Assembly: GCA_943787225.1 (NCBI GenBank)
Contig: CALSLP010000003.1
Location: 140,797 to 204,796, forward strand
Reading direction: 5' to 3'
Source: an uncultured Alphaproteobacteria bacterium
Lineage (GTDB): Bacteria > Pseudomonadota > Alphaproteobacteria > MPNO01 > UBA2964
DNA: 64,000 bases
Shown: positions 32,273 through 44,259 of the stretch, in pieces
How the letters are laid out: every line of letters starts with the position of its first letter
Numbering within the stretch: position 1 is the first letter of the stretch
Notes under the pieces: generated by a model
Databases searched by the model: none
What the model was told of the DNA's origin: nothing
Seen by the model: only the letters and a program-made list of their open reading frames with translations
Translations under genes and position numbers: made by a program

Positions 32273-32938
32273 ATGCCTGAGGTCATTTTTAACGGTCCAG
32301 ACGGGCGGCTCGAAGGCCGTTATCACCATTCGCGCGTTGAAAATGCGCCGATTGCGCTCATCCTGCATCCGCACCCCCAACAGGGCGGCACGATGAATAA
32401 TCGAGTCGTTTTTGAAGTCTATCAAACCTTCGCGAGACGCGGATTTTCGACTCTGCGATTCAATTTTCGCGGCGTTGGCCGATCTCAAGGCGAATATGAC
32501 GAGGGTATGGGCGAACTGAGCGATGCCGCAGCAGCCCTTGATTGGCTGCAAACAGCGAACGCCGATGCATCTCAGTGCTGGGTTGGCGGCTTTTCCTTCG
32601 GTGCCTGGATTTGTATGCAGCTTTTAATGCGTCGTCCCGAGATTGACAGTTTCGTTGCCCTGGCACCACCGGCCAACAAGTATGATTTCACCTTTCTTGC
32701 GCCCTGCCCGGCCTCTGGTCTCTTTGTCCATGGTGCGGATGATACGATGGTGCCGGAAGAGTCGGTCGAGACTTTGGCCAAGAAGCTACAGTCACAGAAG
32801 CGGATTACCATCGATTACAAGATTGTCGATGGCGCCAATCACTTCTTCCACGATCGGGTCGATGAATTGACGACCCATGTGGATGCCTATCTGGAAACCC
32901 AGATTCCGGCAATTGAGGCGGCGTCGACCACCATTTAA
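32273..32938 (+). CDS. alpha/beta hydrolase family protein
   Basis: GFSFG nucleophile elbow. 221 aa. Confidence 0.6.
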   Translation: MPEVIFNGPDGRLEGRYHHSRVENAPIALILHPHPQQGGTMNNRVVFEVYQTFARRGFSTLRFNFRGVGRSQGEYDEGMGELSDAAAALDWLQTANADASQCWVGGFSFGAWICMQLLMRRPEIDSFVALAPPANKYDFTFLAPCPASGLFVHGADDTMVPEESVETLAKKLQSQKRITIDYKIVDGANHFFHDRVDELTTHVDAYLETQIPAIEAASTTI

Positions 32939-32948
32939 CGTCGGCAAC

Positions 32949-34025
32949 TCAGGGTTTCGGGAAAAAGACGCCCCCTGTTTGGGGCGTAAGGACACCTGTC
33001 GTCCCCGGAAGGGTGAGCGGCAGACCCTTCCGACTGCGCACCCCGAGATAGGCAAAGGCTTGCGCCTCTAGCGCATCACCCTGCCAGCCGACGCTTTCAA
33101 CGGGGTCCACTGCCACATCAAGAGCCCGCCTGAGCTGCTCCATCATGAACATGTTGTGTCTGCCACCACCTGTGACCAGCCATCGTTTCGGCGACGCTGG
33201 CAAATGATCAACTGCCCGGACAATGGAGTCGGCTGTAAAGGCTGTCAGCGTCGCGGCACCATCCTCAGCTGATAAGCCCTGCACGGGATCTGTATCAAAC
33301 TCATCCCGGTCGAGTGACTTTGGCGGGGGGCTATCGAAATAAGGCGAGCTTAACAATTGCTTCAATACGGCCTCTGACACGCTGCCTGTCGCCGCAAGTT
33401 CGCCACCCTCATCATAAGCTTTGCCGAGCTTACGATTAACCCAATCATCAATCAGGGCCCCACCAGGACCAGTATCGAAAGCAACAAGCGATGCTTCATC
33501 TCCATCGAGATAGGTTACATTCGCCACCCCGCCGATATTCAACACAGCCAGCGGGGTCTCCAGGCCCGCGGCAAGAGCGAGATGATATACCGGCACCAAA
33601 GGGGCGCCCTGCCCGCCCTGCGCGACGTCATTGCTGCGAAAGTCACAGACAACATCGATCCCGGTTGCTTTCGCGAGATAGGCACCATCTCCGATCTGCC
33701 AGGTTCTCGATTGAGCGGGGTCATGCTGCACCGTATGGCCATGAAACCCGATCAGATCGACCTCATCAGGTTTAAGACCTGCCTGGGAGATGAGCATCAG
33801 CACAACGTCGGCATGAAGCTGCGTCAACGCCCGCTCTACCTTCTCAATCTGTCCGACTCCGCCCAACACGGAACGCAAATGTTCGCGAAAGCCATTTTCG
33901 TAAGGAACACTTATATGCGGACCGGTTTCGACAATAGTGCCGCCATCCGTCCGCACCAACGCGGCATCGATACCATCAAGCGATGTCCCGCTCATGAGTC
34001 CGAGCGCCAAAAGGGGCTTATTCAT
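32949..34025 (-). CDS. anmK: anhydro-N-acetylmuramic acid kinase
   Basis: N-terminal LMSGTSLDGIDAALV signature. Start chosen at MNKPLLALG. The ORF track extends 17 codons upstream. Confidence 0.85.
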   Translation of the reverse strand: MNKPLLALGLMSGTSLDGIDAALVRTDGGTIVETGPHISVPYENGFREHLRSVLGGVGQIEKVERALTQLHADVVLMLISQAGLKPDEVDLIGFHGHTVQHDPAQSRTWQIGDGAYLAKATGIDVVCDFRSNDVAQGGQGAPLVPVYHLALAAGLETPLAVLNIGGVANVTYLDGDEASLVAFDTGPGGALIDDWVNRKLGKAYDEGGELAATGSVSEAVLKQLLSSPYFDSPPPKSLDRDEFDTDPVQGLSAEDGAATLTAFTADSIVRAVDHLPASPKRWLVTGGGRHNMFMMEQLRRALDVAVDPVESVGWQGDALEAQAFAYLGVRSRKGLPLTLPGTTGVLTPQTGGVFFPKP

Positions 34026-34110
34026 ATTACCAACTGCCGATTGCATTCTGAGCCATTGGACCCGATAGTATGTCATTGTTCAAACTGAAATCACTGGATC
34101 GGTTAAATCT

Positions 34111-35155
34111 ATGGCCACTACAGTCTTGGATAGACCTTTTGAATCCGTGGCGGGCTGGAAAGGCCCCGAGCTCGCAAACACCAGCGACTGGATTTATGTG
34201 CTCACGGATGATGATATTGCCGAACTCGACAACGCCCTCGCGCATGTCAAATCCCTTGGGCTGGAGATTCCCAATATTACAAAAGCCGACTTCCCGCTGC
34301 CCCGGCTGTCAGCCATGCTTTCCGACGCCCTCAACGAGCTGGAACACGGCAGAGGTGTCAAATTAATCCGGGGCCTCCCGGTCGAACGGCTCGGCAACAA
34401 AGACGCCACGACGATTTATTGGGGACTTGGAACCTATCTTGGCAATGCCGTTGCCCAGAACATGATGGGCGAGCTGCTCGGCCACGTCAAAGCTGTCGGC
34501 GCCAACTGGGATCAAAATTTTAATCTCCGAGGGTATCAGACACCGGTTCACCTGCCATTTCATTGCGACAAGTCTGATGTCGTTGGGTTGCTATGCCTTC
34601 AAACGGCAAAATCTGGCGGTACAAGTTCTTTTGCCAGCGCCATCGCCATCCATAACGAAATCCTCCGGACACGCCCTGACCTATTACCAGAACTCTATAA
34701 ACCGTTCTGCGTCGATCATCGCGGCGAGGAATTTGAGGGTGAAGACCCGTTTTACGTTGCGCAGGTTTTCACCATTCACAATGACAGGTTCTTCGGACGT
34801 TTCGGACAAAAATATGTCGAAAGCGCACAACGCTTTCCTCAGGTGCCTCGGCTGACTGACGCTCAGACGGAAGCAATGAATTTATTCAGCAAGCTGGCTT
34901 TAAGTGATCAGATCCGGCTCGATATGGAATTCGAACGTGGCGACATGCAGTTTCTTGAACAATCACTACACTGTCCATAGTCGAACTGATTATCAGGATT
35001 ACGAAGAAGACGAACGCCGTCGGCATCTCATACGCTTGCTGCTCTTTACACCGTCCTATGACGATGTGCCGGAAAATACGGCCAATTTAAATGCCTTTAT
35101 AAAACGCTGGGGTGAAGAGCCGCGTGAGACCGTCCTCTCCGTGGATAACGGCTAA
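34111..35155 (+). pseudogene. TauD/TfdA-family Fe(II)/2-oxoglutarate dioxygenase with a +1 frameshift in a T-run near 34958
   Basis: HxD facial-triad motif (HCDKSD). The C-terminal GDMQFLNNHYTVHSR block is restored only by joining ORFs 34111..34980 and 34904..35155. Confidence 0.65.
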
Positions 35156-35243
35156 CGACGTTTCCGCTCTCGCCAGAGCCGGTGCCCCTATGTTAAACAC
35201 CGCCGCGACAACTGGCATAGGTGGCTATTCATTAGCCTGAAAT

Positions 35244-36504
35244 ATGATGACGACATATAAATCAGAATTCCTCCGGATAATTTCCGAACGCGGCTTTATT
35301 CATCAATGCACTGATGAAGCGGCCCTCGATAAAATATTAGCGGGAGACGACGTCGCCGTCGCCTATGCAGGTTTTGACTGCACGGCAGACTCTCTCCATA
35401 TCGGGCATTTAATGCCGATCATGACTCTGCGCTGGTATCAGCATTGCGGTCACAAACCTATCGCGTTGATGGGGGGCGGCACCACTAAGGTTGGCGATCC
35501 ATCCGGCAAAGATGAGTCTCGTCAAATCCTCACCGAAGAAACCATCGCCACCAACATTCAGGGCATCCGCGGCACATTTGAAAAATTCCTGAGTTTTGGT
35601 GATGCCCCAACCGATACGCTGATGGTCAATAATGCCGATTGGTTGGATGCATTAGAATACATTCCGTTTTTACGTGAATTCGGCAAGCATTTTTCAGTCA
35701 ATCGGATGCTCTCATTTGATTCTGTGAAACTTCGCCTCGAACGCGAGCAGCCTCTCAGTTTCCTGGAATTCAATTACATGATCCTCCAGGCCTATGACTT
35801 CCTGGAACTGTCACGTCGCGACAATTGCGTGTTGCAGATCGGTGGCTCGGATCAATGGGGCAATATCGTCAACGGCGTTGAGCTTGGTCGCCGGGTCGAT
35901 GGCACGGCACTTTATGGTCTAACCTCGCCCCTGATCATGACCTCTGCCGGAGAGAAGATGGGCAAAACCGCTGGCGGGGCTGTGTGGCTAAACAGCGACA
36001 GACTATCGCCCTATGAGTATTTCCAGTTTTGGCGAAATACCGCGGATGCCGATGTCGGGCGTTTCCTCCGTCTGTTTACTGAGTTACCGCTTGATGAAAT
36101 CGCGAAGCTCGAGGCGCTGCAAGATGCAGAGATCAACGAAGCCAAAAAGATTCTCGCCCATGAGGCCACCAAGCTGTGCCATGGCGAAGCTGCAGCGCTT
36201 GAGGCCGGGGAAACCGCAAAGGCCACCTTCGAAGACGGCACTCAGGGAACCGCCCTGCCCACCGTCGATATCGCAGAAAGCGGATTTAGCCGCTGGCATA
36301 CCGGCATTTGAGGCAATGGTGAAAGCTGGGCTTGCCAACAGTAATGGCGAAGCCAGGCGCCTTATCAGAGGTGGCGGTGGCCGCGTAAATGACGTGGTGA
36401 TCTCTGACGAAAGCCAAACAATCAGCACGGCGGACATCAATGCTGATGGCGCGATCAAGTTCTCCGCCGGCAAAAAGCGTCACGTACTCGCAAAGCCGGT
36501 TTGA
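35244..36504 (+). CDS. tyrS: tyrosyl-tRNA synthetase (apparent frameshift near 36290, likely sequence error)
   Basis: HIGH-type motif (SLHIGHLMP) and KMSKS-like motif (KMGKT). The C-terminal S4 domain ([15 protein letters not shown]) is in the adjacent frame. Confidence 0.85.
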
Positions 36505-36510
36505 CGTCTT

Positions 36511-39500
36511 CTAGTTAGGATCAACAATCTCGCTGGTCGGCGGCTTACCTTCGGACTTCGTACCGAGAATGCCAATCAGGTTTCTTAAGAAACCAGGTGC
36601 CAGAGCGGCAAGCGGATTAACCGTAATTTCCGGTTTGGCGAGATCACCCGAAAGCTGATACGTCGCAGCGAAAACACCGCCCCCTTTTTGTCCGGTAAAG
36701 ATTCGTCCGATAAGAGGGATATTTCCAAGAGCGCTATTGATTGAATAGGCCGGAACAATCGTTCCCCGAATAGTCGCCGTTTTCTTATCCAAATTCAGAG
36801 TACCCTCAGCTGTAAGACCAAGCTGCGACCCTACCGCACGCGCATTACGGATGTCGGCTTTTCCATCAATATATGAAAACGGAATATTTAATTGGGCAAA
36901 GCTGATCCCTTTTCCACTCAATGTGTTCACAATCCCGGTCAAGGACGCCAAGGTCAAAACACTCGCGAGGTTCGGGGCTCCCACAATAGAATAGTTTGAT
37001 ATCGATAGACTACCTAGCCACGGATTAAGTTTGCCCCGTTTTTTGTCAGCTGTGAGGACGAGTTTTCCACCTCGGAAGGTGTCAGCGATATCCAGGCCAG
37101 CGAGGACGCCGCCCGCATCCTCTGCTTGAAGTGTAAAGCGTCGCTTATCTGCGACCGGCTTCAAATTGAACGTGAAGGGCTGGTTTTGCCCAACGACACC
37201 GCTGAGGTTTGTGGTTTCCCAATCCTCACCATCATGGGACAGAGTTCCTTTTAAGGCCTTCACCGGCACCTTAGGGTCAAACCAAACCGTCTGAACGTCT
37301 GTTGTTAAGCTAATTCGGGGAAACGACGACTTCTCATCAGAATCAGCCTGAGCCAGGAACGGAACGAGATCCAGCACTGTCCCTTTCAAAGCAGCATTAT
37401 AACTTCCATCTGCCTGTGCTTTAACCCAACCGCTAATATTTGTTCGACCAAGTTGAAGCTGTTTAACCTGGGCTTCAATAAACTTGCCCGTCCCGTCAAA
37501 TCGCAACCCCGTCTTAGCCCGCAGCCCCTGAGCCTGAATGTCCAAGCTTTTTATATCCTTGGCGCCATCAGGTTTGACGACAAGAGACACCCACACTACT
37601 CCGGCGCCACCAGGCTTCTTGCTCCAGCCAAAGGCAGGCATATTAAGAGTTGCTTCAGTCAGAGATCCTTTTGCAGCGATCTCCTTGTTCCCGGTTAACC
37701 TCTCAATCAGAGATAAATCGAGATCTACCGGCCCCGTAACGTATGGCGCCAGTTCCGGCAAATCCAAAACTTGCTTTCGCGCCGCTCCATCCATCTTTCC
37801 GCGAAGCTCATATCGTCTGACAAATTTTCGTTCTGCTTCGAACCGCTCTTCCCATTTCAGCTTTACAGGCGTCTCCGCAACGGTCGCGTCGCCACTGAGG
37901 AGCAGCCGTGAACCGTCAATCTGCAGTTCAAAATTTCCAGCGCTTATCGGTTTACCAAGTGGAGATTGAGGCAAGAGCGCATTAACGATCCGCGACTTTG
38001 CACCAATTCTGACATCTGAAAGCTCCAAAGCGCCTGATAGCGGAAATTTAAAATTCAGGTCGGTTTCTGACCAACCTTTGACCGTCCCCGCGTCGATGCC
38101 AAACTTAGATACCAATTGCAACGGTTTGTTGTCCGTTATTGTTAGGGCGGTCTTTAGCGCCCCAGAGACTCTCACATCAATGTCGGCATGCTCTTTATCG
38201 GTATCCAAGCCCAGCAAGCGAACTTGGCCAGAAATAACATTGAGATCTTTTAATACCCCCGAAGCAATTGATGCTACGAAACGATCTTTGGCAAATACCG
38301 CTGTCGCCTCAATCTTCTCCACATTGGGGAAGTTATTGTTATAACGAATAGTTGTGTTTCGCAGGCGTAACTTCCCAGCAAAAGAATCCACCAGAACAGC
38401 CGATTTTTCCGTGTCTGGTATTCGAACTGAAATCGATGCTTGGACGTTTTCCACCTCCCCTTGCCGCATATTTCCTAAAACCCACCTGCGCGCAACTTTC
38501 CCGAAGCCCTTTGGCCAAAAGTCCTTAAGACGCCCCAACTGAATACTTTTAACGCCCGCGCGCCCGACGATGGTCACCTGATCGCCAACGCCAATTACGG
38601 ACCCCGAAAGAGAAATCGTCGGACCGCCAACGTTGAGGTCAAATTTCTCTATTTCGAGCGAGGCCGGGTTGTTTTCAAACCTCGCCTTGAAATCCAACCG
38701 CTTTATCGGAACGTTCTTCTCCCAAAGATCACCCTTTTCAATATGGCCTGAGGTTCCGGTAAAAGCGAATTTCGCGCTCTGAACAACACCATCAAGGGAA
38801 ATGCGTGTTGCCACATCTCCACTCACAGCAACGCGAATTGATTTCAAAACCTCTAGCCCTGGTAGGGTTGCCGCCAATCGATCGATTGGCAATTTTTCAA
38901 TCGCCAGATCGACCCCAACGATCTGAGCACCAGAACGTAGACTTGCCTTTGCGACGAGGCGTGCAGCTTTGCCAGCAGCATCAATATCGGAAAATAGCGA
39001 CGCCCGGATCTCATCATCGTCACGGGTCACGACCAAATCAGCCTGCGGCGCCCCCCAGTTAATACCGGTAACGCGATCATCCACGACAAGCTTAGCATTG
39101 AGAATGCTAACCTGCTTGAGATAACGGAGGACGCCTTTATCCTGCTTTGGGGCGCTAAGAGCAGCGAACACCCCACCTAGGGCATCTGTTGGCAAACTGG
39201 CAGTTTCTTCCAGTGCCAAAGAGAATTTTCCACCCTCGTTCCTAACCACCTGGAGTCGCGGACCGATCAGATCAAGATTGGTGGGCGCGACAATTCCCCG
39301 CAAGAGGGCTCGTAGACTAAAGCTGACAGACATCTCCGGGACTCTGGCGATTGCAGCCCCATCGGCACCAACAATCTTTGTCCCCATGACCCGAATGTCG
39401 AGCGTTCGCTCCCACCCTGCCCATGCAAGGTTGGTGCCTTGGACAGAAACCCGTACCGGACGAACCATATCATTGAGAGCGTTCTCAACATGACTCGTGA

Positions 39501-39621
39501 GAAAGTTGAGCGGCACAGGACCCTGCGATAATCGCCAGGTCGCAACGCCGGTTAGCAGAAGCAGCGCAAGCGCCGTAAGGGCTGCTACCTCAAATAATAT
39601 CCGGGTACATCGTCCTAGCAT
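36511..39621 (-). CDS. AsmA-family / DUF3971 large envelope-biogenesis protein (1036 aa)
   Basis: N-terminal TM anchor followed by a long beta-rich region. Position upstream of glnE is typical of proteobacteria. Confidence 0.65.
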   Translation of the reverse strand: MLGRCTRILFEVAALTALALLLLTGVATWRLSQGPVPLNFLTSHVENALNDMVRPVRVSVQGTNLAWAGWERTLDIRVMGTKIVGADGAAIARVPEMSVSFSLRALLRGIVAPTNLDLIGPRLQVVRNEGGKFSLALEETASLPTDALGGVFAALSAPKQDKGVLRYLKQVSILNAKLVVDDRVTGINWGAPQADLVVTRDDDEIRASLFSDIDAAGKAARLVAKASLRSGAQIVGVDLAIEKLPIDRLAATLPGLEVLKSIRVAVSGDVATRISLDGVVQSAKFAFTGTSGHIEKGDLWEKNVPIKRLDFKARFENNPASLEIEKFDLNVGGPTISLSGSVIGVGDQVTIVGRAGVKSIQLGRLKDFWPKGFGKVARRWVLGNMRQGEVENVQASISVRIPDTEKSAVLVDSFAGKLRLRNTTIRYNNNFPNVEKIEATAVFAKDRFVASIASGVLKDLNVISGQVRLLGLDTDKEHADIDVRVSGALKTALTITDNKPLQLVSKFGIDAGTVKGWSETDLNFKFPLSGALELSDVRIGAKSRIVNALLPQSPLGKPISAGNFELQIDGSRLLLSGDATVAETPVKLKWEERFEAERKFVRRYELRGKMDGAARKQVLDLPELAPYVTGPVDLDLSLIERLTGNKEIAAKGSLTEATLNMPAFGWSKKPGGAGVVWVSLVVKPDGAKDIKSLDIQAQGLRAKTGLRFDGTGKFIEAQVKQLQLGRTNISGWVKAQADGSYNAALKGTVLDLVPFLAQADSDEKSSFPRISLTTDVQTVWFDPKVPVKALKGTLSHDGEDWETTNLSGVVGQNQPFTFNLKPVADKRRFTLQAEDAGGVLAGLDIADTFRGGKLVLTADKKRGKLNPWLGSLSISNYSIVGAPNLASVLTLASLTGIVNTLSGKGISFAQLNIPFSYIDGKADIRNARAVGSQLGLTAEGTLNLDKKTATIRGTIVPAYSINSALGNIPLIGRIFTGQKGGGVFAATYQLSGDLAKPEITVNPLAALAPGFLRNLIGILGTKSEGKPPTSEIVDPN

Positions 39622-39711
39622 TTAACTCGACAGTCTCAATTTCGCACCGCTTGACCGGCACATCACCTTGCCGCAGTGTGCGGCAAAATGGAGCCAGATG
39701 GAACGTAACAA

Positions 39712-42682
39712 TTGGTAGACAAGGCAGAAAAAGGGATCGAACTTTCCAATCCAATGCCACTTCCTGGCAATATGGATGCCGTAGCTTCGGGATGGGACCG
39801 TTGGCACGATGCCGCTGACCGCAATGATGATAAAAATCTCAAATCTTTTATCATCAAAAGCTCCAATGAAGGCGCTCTGAAATCTCTAATCGATGGGGTT
39901 TTTGGCAATAGTCCCTTCCTCAGCCACACGCTGATCAATGATTGGGAATTCACGCACCAGGTTTTCGAGGACGGCCCCAGATCCGCTTTTGACGGCATCA
40001 TAAAAACCGTCAGTGACCCGATGCTCATCACAGAAGATCAGGCATCCATAATGAAGGTGCTTCGAATCGCCCGCCGTCGCTGCGCCTTCGCAATAGCCTT
40101 GGCAGACCTGACCGGGCAATGGCCTTTGACAGAAATCATCGAAGCCTTAAGCAAATTTGCCGAGGCCTCGATAAGTGCCGCCGTATCGCATCTTCTTCAT
40201 CACGGGCAGAAAACAGGAGAGATTGAGCTTTCCGACCCGTCCCAGCCCTCTTGTGACTCGGGCTTTATCGTCCTTGGCATGGGGAAGCTCGGCGCAAAAG
40301 AGCTGAACTATTCAAGCGATGTCGATTTGATCCTGTTATTCGACAATGAACAATCCCAATACACCGGCAAACGGACAGCGCAGGAGTTCTTTGTTCGACT
40401 AGCACGTGATTTAGTCAAAATTCTGGAAGAACGAACCACCGACGGCTACGTCTTTCGTACCGATCTACGACTACGGCCTGATCCCGGTTCAACACCCCCA
40501 GTTCTTTCGACTCTCGCCGCAGAAACATACTACGAAACGGCAGGGCAGAACTGGGAACGGGCCGCCATGATCAAAGCCCGACCTATTGCCGGCGACATAG
40601 AGGCCGGCAATAGCTTCCTCGACTATCTGCGTCCCTTTATCTGGCGCCGTAATCTCGATTTCGCAGCTATCGAAGATATTCACTCAATCAAGCGACAGAT
40701 TAATGTTCATCGCGGCGGCAGCGAAATTGCCGTGGCTGGCCATAATGTAAAACTTGGCCGAGGCGGTATTCGTGAAATTGAGTTTTATGCCCAAACGCAG
40801 CAATTGATCTGGGGTGGTCGCGACACGACCTTGCGGACCAAGAAGACTTGCGACGCCCTTCCCTTACTTGCGGAGGCGGGACACTTCGCCGGCGAAGTCG
40901 CAGAACAACTTGAACAAGCCTATGAATTTTTGCGGCGCGTCGAACATCGGCTGCAGATGATCGATGACCAGCAAACCCATGAGGTCCCCTCCGACTCCGA
41001 AAAGCTCGAAGCCTTCGCAAAATTTATGAGCTTCGAGAATACTGAAGGGTTTGCCCAGGCGTTATCCAAACAACTCCACACCGTTGAACAACATTACGGC
41101 GCTTTGTTTGAAGAATCCGCGGATCTCAGCGGTCCTGGAACGTTGGTCTTTACAGGGGGAGAGGATCACCCCGACACCCTGGAAACATTGAGCTCTCTCG
41201 GCTTTAAAGACCCGTCAGTCATATCGTCGATTATTCGCACCTGGCATCATGGTCGCTATCGCGCGACACGCAGTACCCGGTCAAAGGAACTGCTCACCGA
41301 ACTGATGCCGGGATTGTTAATGGCATTTTCGCAAACCGGAAACCCAGATACGGCTCTGCGAGGATTCGATGAGTTTTTACAAGGCCTCCCCGCCGGCGTT
41401 CAGCTGTTCTCATTATTTTACAGCAATCCAAGGCTGCTGGAATTACTGGCAGAAATCATGGGAGGCGCCCCGCGAATTGCCGATAGTTTACGACGACACC
41501 CAATCCTGTTTGATGCCGTTCTGACCGCCGATTTTTTTGACCCGCTGCCTAACCGGCAAAAAATCTACGGCTGAAATTGAGATCGAACTCAAACAAAGAG
41601 CTCAGGATTTTCAAGATGTTCTTGATATTGTCCGGCGCCAAGTCAATGACCGACTGTTTCAGGTCGGCGTGCAAATCATACGGCATCACATAACGCCCGA
41701 AACCAGCGGGCTGGCCATCTCCAATATCGCCGATGCCGCCATCAATACGCTGTGCCCAGCCGTCAAAGAGGAATACGCCACCCGGCATGGCCAGTTCCCA
41801 AATGGCGATATGGCCGTTGTCGCCTTGGGCAAACTTGGTGGTCGAGATATGACCATTGAATCGGACCTCGACCTGCTTTTCATATATGAAGCTGAAGGGG
41901 ATCAGTCAGATGGCGAGAAACCACTGACAGCAATTCCCTATTTTACCCGTCTGGGACAACGTTATCTGAGCGCCCTAACCGCCCCGACGGCGGAGGGTCC
42001 GCTCTATGAAGTCGATATGCGTCTGCGACCATCGGGCAATGCTGGCCCCCTCGCCAGCGCTCTGCAATCCTTCGTACAATATCATCAAAACGATGCGTGG
42101 ACCTGGGAGCGTATGGCGCTGACGCGTGCCCGCATCATTTATTCGAGCGATGCACTCCAAGCCAAGCTCGAAGCCGCGATTAAAACGGTCCTAACAACGC
42201 CGCAAAATCCAGCGACGCTCCTCAAAGACGTCGCAGCCATGCGGGTTCGATTGATGGAAGGTCGATCTCCGTCTGGTCCTTGGGACATCAAGAATATTCG
42301 TGGTGGGTTGATCGACATTGAATTTATCGCGCAGTATCTACAGCTCCTGCATGCCTCGGAAAACCCTGAAGTTCTGAGCCAAGATACGGGCACTGCATTG
42401 CAAAACATCCGAATGTGCGGCGCCCTGGGTGATGAGCCGGCAGACCAACTCATTGATGCTCTGCAGCTCTGGCGCAATATTCAAGGTATCATCCGACTGA
42501 CCGCCGGCGACAACTTTGATGATCAAACGGCAACCAGCGGAAACTGCGCAATGCTCCTGGCCGCTTGCGAAGCAGATAACCTGGCAACCCTAAAGGAACA
42601 GGTCTCTGATACCGCCGCGACAATATTCCGTCTGTACCAGGAAATTATCGAGCCCCCCGCCGCAGAACTGCTAGACAACTGA
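39712..42682 (+). CDS. glnE: bifunctional glutamine synthetase adenylyltransferase/adenylyl-removing enzyme (apparent frameshift in an A6/T7 run near 41560)
   Basis: Two nucleotidyltransferase halves (GMGKLGAKELNYSSDVDL and LGKLGGRDMTIESDLDL). The combined length of about 990 aa matches GlnE. Confidence 0.85.
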
Positions 42683-42872
42683 CAAGCATCGCCACTGTTT
42701 CGCTCGGCGAATTTAATGACATAATGATTTCAACAGCGAGGGTGTTGCCCGCGCCTTTGGAAAGGATCTTTATATGTCTAATGCTTGTCTGCCGTCAGCG
42801 CCTATGGAACAAATTAGGCTGATTGTATAAGGGAGGATTTCTGGTTCATCGTAGTGACCGAAGGGAACGAAG

Positions 42873-43247
42873 ATGAGACAGAAATCGCAGACACGACAGA
42901 CGGGTGGAGACAAGGCCATCAAGGACATTCGCCGGGCGACCCGCAAGCAGTATTCAGCGGAAGAAAAGATCCGCATTGTGCTGGATGGGTTACGCGGTGA
43001 AGAAACCATTGCCGAGCTTTGTCGGATAGAAGGCATCGCGCAGAGTATCTATTACAAATGGTCGAAGGAGTTTATGGAAGCTGGCAAGCGGCGGCTTGCT
43101 GGTGATACAGCTCGGGCGGCCTCAACGGGTGAGGTGACCGCCCTGCGCCGTGAAACACATGAGTTAAAAGAAGTGGTCGCCGAGCAAACCTTGGAACTGA
43201 GGTTGCTCAAAAAAAGCATGATCGGGGGTGGGGGAGACGACGAATGA
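42873..43247 (+). CDS. IS3 family transposase OrfA
   Basis: HTH_Tnp-like N-terminus (YSAEEKIRIVLDGLRGEETIAELCRIEGIAQSIYYKWSKEF) with a coiled-coil tail. Confidence 0.8.
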   Translation: MRQKSQTRQTGGDKAIKDIRRATRKQYSAEEKIRIVLDGLRGEETIAELCRIEGIAQSIYYKWSKEFMEAGKRRLAGDTARAASTGEVTALRRETHELKEVVAEQTLELRLLKKSMIGGGGDDE

Positions 43248-44224
43248 GATACCCTGCCTCTGAGAAACTTGAGATCATCCGCCTTGTTGAACGGTCTCAT
43301 CTGCCAGTCAAGCAGACGCTGGATAAGTTGGGCATCCCTCGCACCACGTTTTATCGCTGGTATGGCCGCTATCAAGTTGCTGGCCCGGAAGCTCTGGAAG
43401 ATCAATCGCCTCAGCCATCACGGGTCTGGAATCGCATTCCCGATGATGTTCGCCAGCGCATCGTTGACCTGGCTCTGGATGTGCCGGAGCTATCTCCCCG
43501 CGAACTGGCGGTACGCTTCACAGACACAGAAAAATACTTTGTCTCAGAGGCTTCCGTCTATCGCCTGCTCAAATCCCTTGATCTTATTACCAGCCCTGCA
43601 TTCATCGTCATCAAGGCGGCTGATGAGTTCAGGGATAAGACCACGGCGATCAATCAACTGTGGCAGACCGACTTCACGTACCTGAAGGTCATTGGCTGGG
43701 GCTGGATGTATCTGTCGACGATCCTCGATGATTACTCGCGTTACATCATTGCCTGGAAGCTGTGCACGACCATGAAGACGAGTGATGTGACTGAGACACT
43801 GGATCTCGCCTTACAGGCATCAGGCTGTGATCAGGCCCATGTCGTGCACAAACCGAGGCTGCTATCGGACAACGGCTCAAGCTACGTCTCTGGTGAGCTG
43901 GCAGAATGGTTGGGTGACAAGAAAATGGGACACGTCAGGGGCGCGCCATATCACCCGCAAACACAGGGCAAGATCGAACGATGGCATCAGACCCTGAAAA
44001 ACCGCATCCTGCTGGAGAACTACTTCTTCCCGGCAGACCTCGAAGCGCAGATCGAGGCGTTCGTCGATCATTACAATCATCAGCGATACCACGAGAGCAT
44101 CAATAATCTCACACCCGCAGACGTCTACTTCGGGCGTGGGCAGGCTATTTTAAAACAACGGGAAAGGATCAAACTGAAAACGATGGAGACCCGGCGCTTG
44201 CAATACCGCAAATACGCCGCTTAA
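43244..44224 (+). CDS. IS3 family transposase OrfB (HTH plus DDE integrase core)
   Basis: rve-domain blocks (WQTDFTYLKV...LSDNGSSY...HPQTQGKIERWHQTLK). Confidence 0.8.
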   Translation: MRYPASEKLEIIRLVERSHLPVKQTLDKLGIPRTTFYRWYGRYQVAGPEALEDQSPQPSRVWNRIPDDVRQRIVDLALDVPELSPRELAVRFTDTEKYFVSEASVYRLLKSLDLITSPAFIVIKAADEFRDKTTAINQLWQTDFTYLKVIGWGWMYLSTILDDYSRYIIAWKLCTTMKTSDVTETLDLALQASGCDQAHVVHKPRLLSDNGSSYVSGELAEWLGDKKMGHVRGAPYHPQTQGKIERWHQTLKNRILLENYFFPADLEAQIEAFVDHYNHQRYHESINNLTPADVYFGRGQAILKQRERIKLKTMETRRLQYRKYAA

Positions 44225-44259
44225 TATCTTGAACCAGATGAACCAGATCCTCTCTTAGA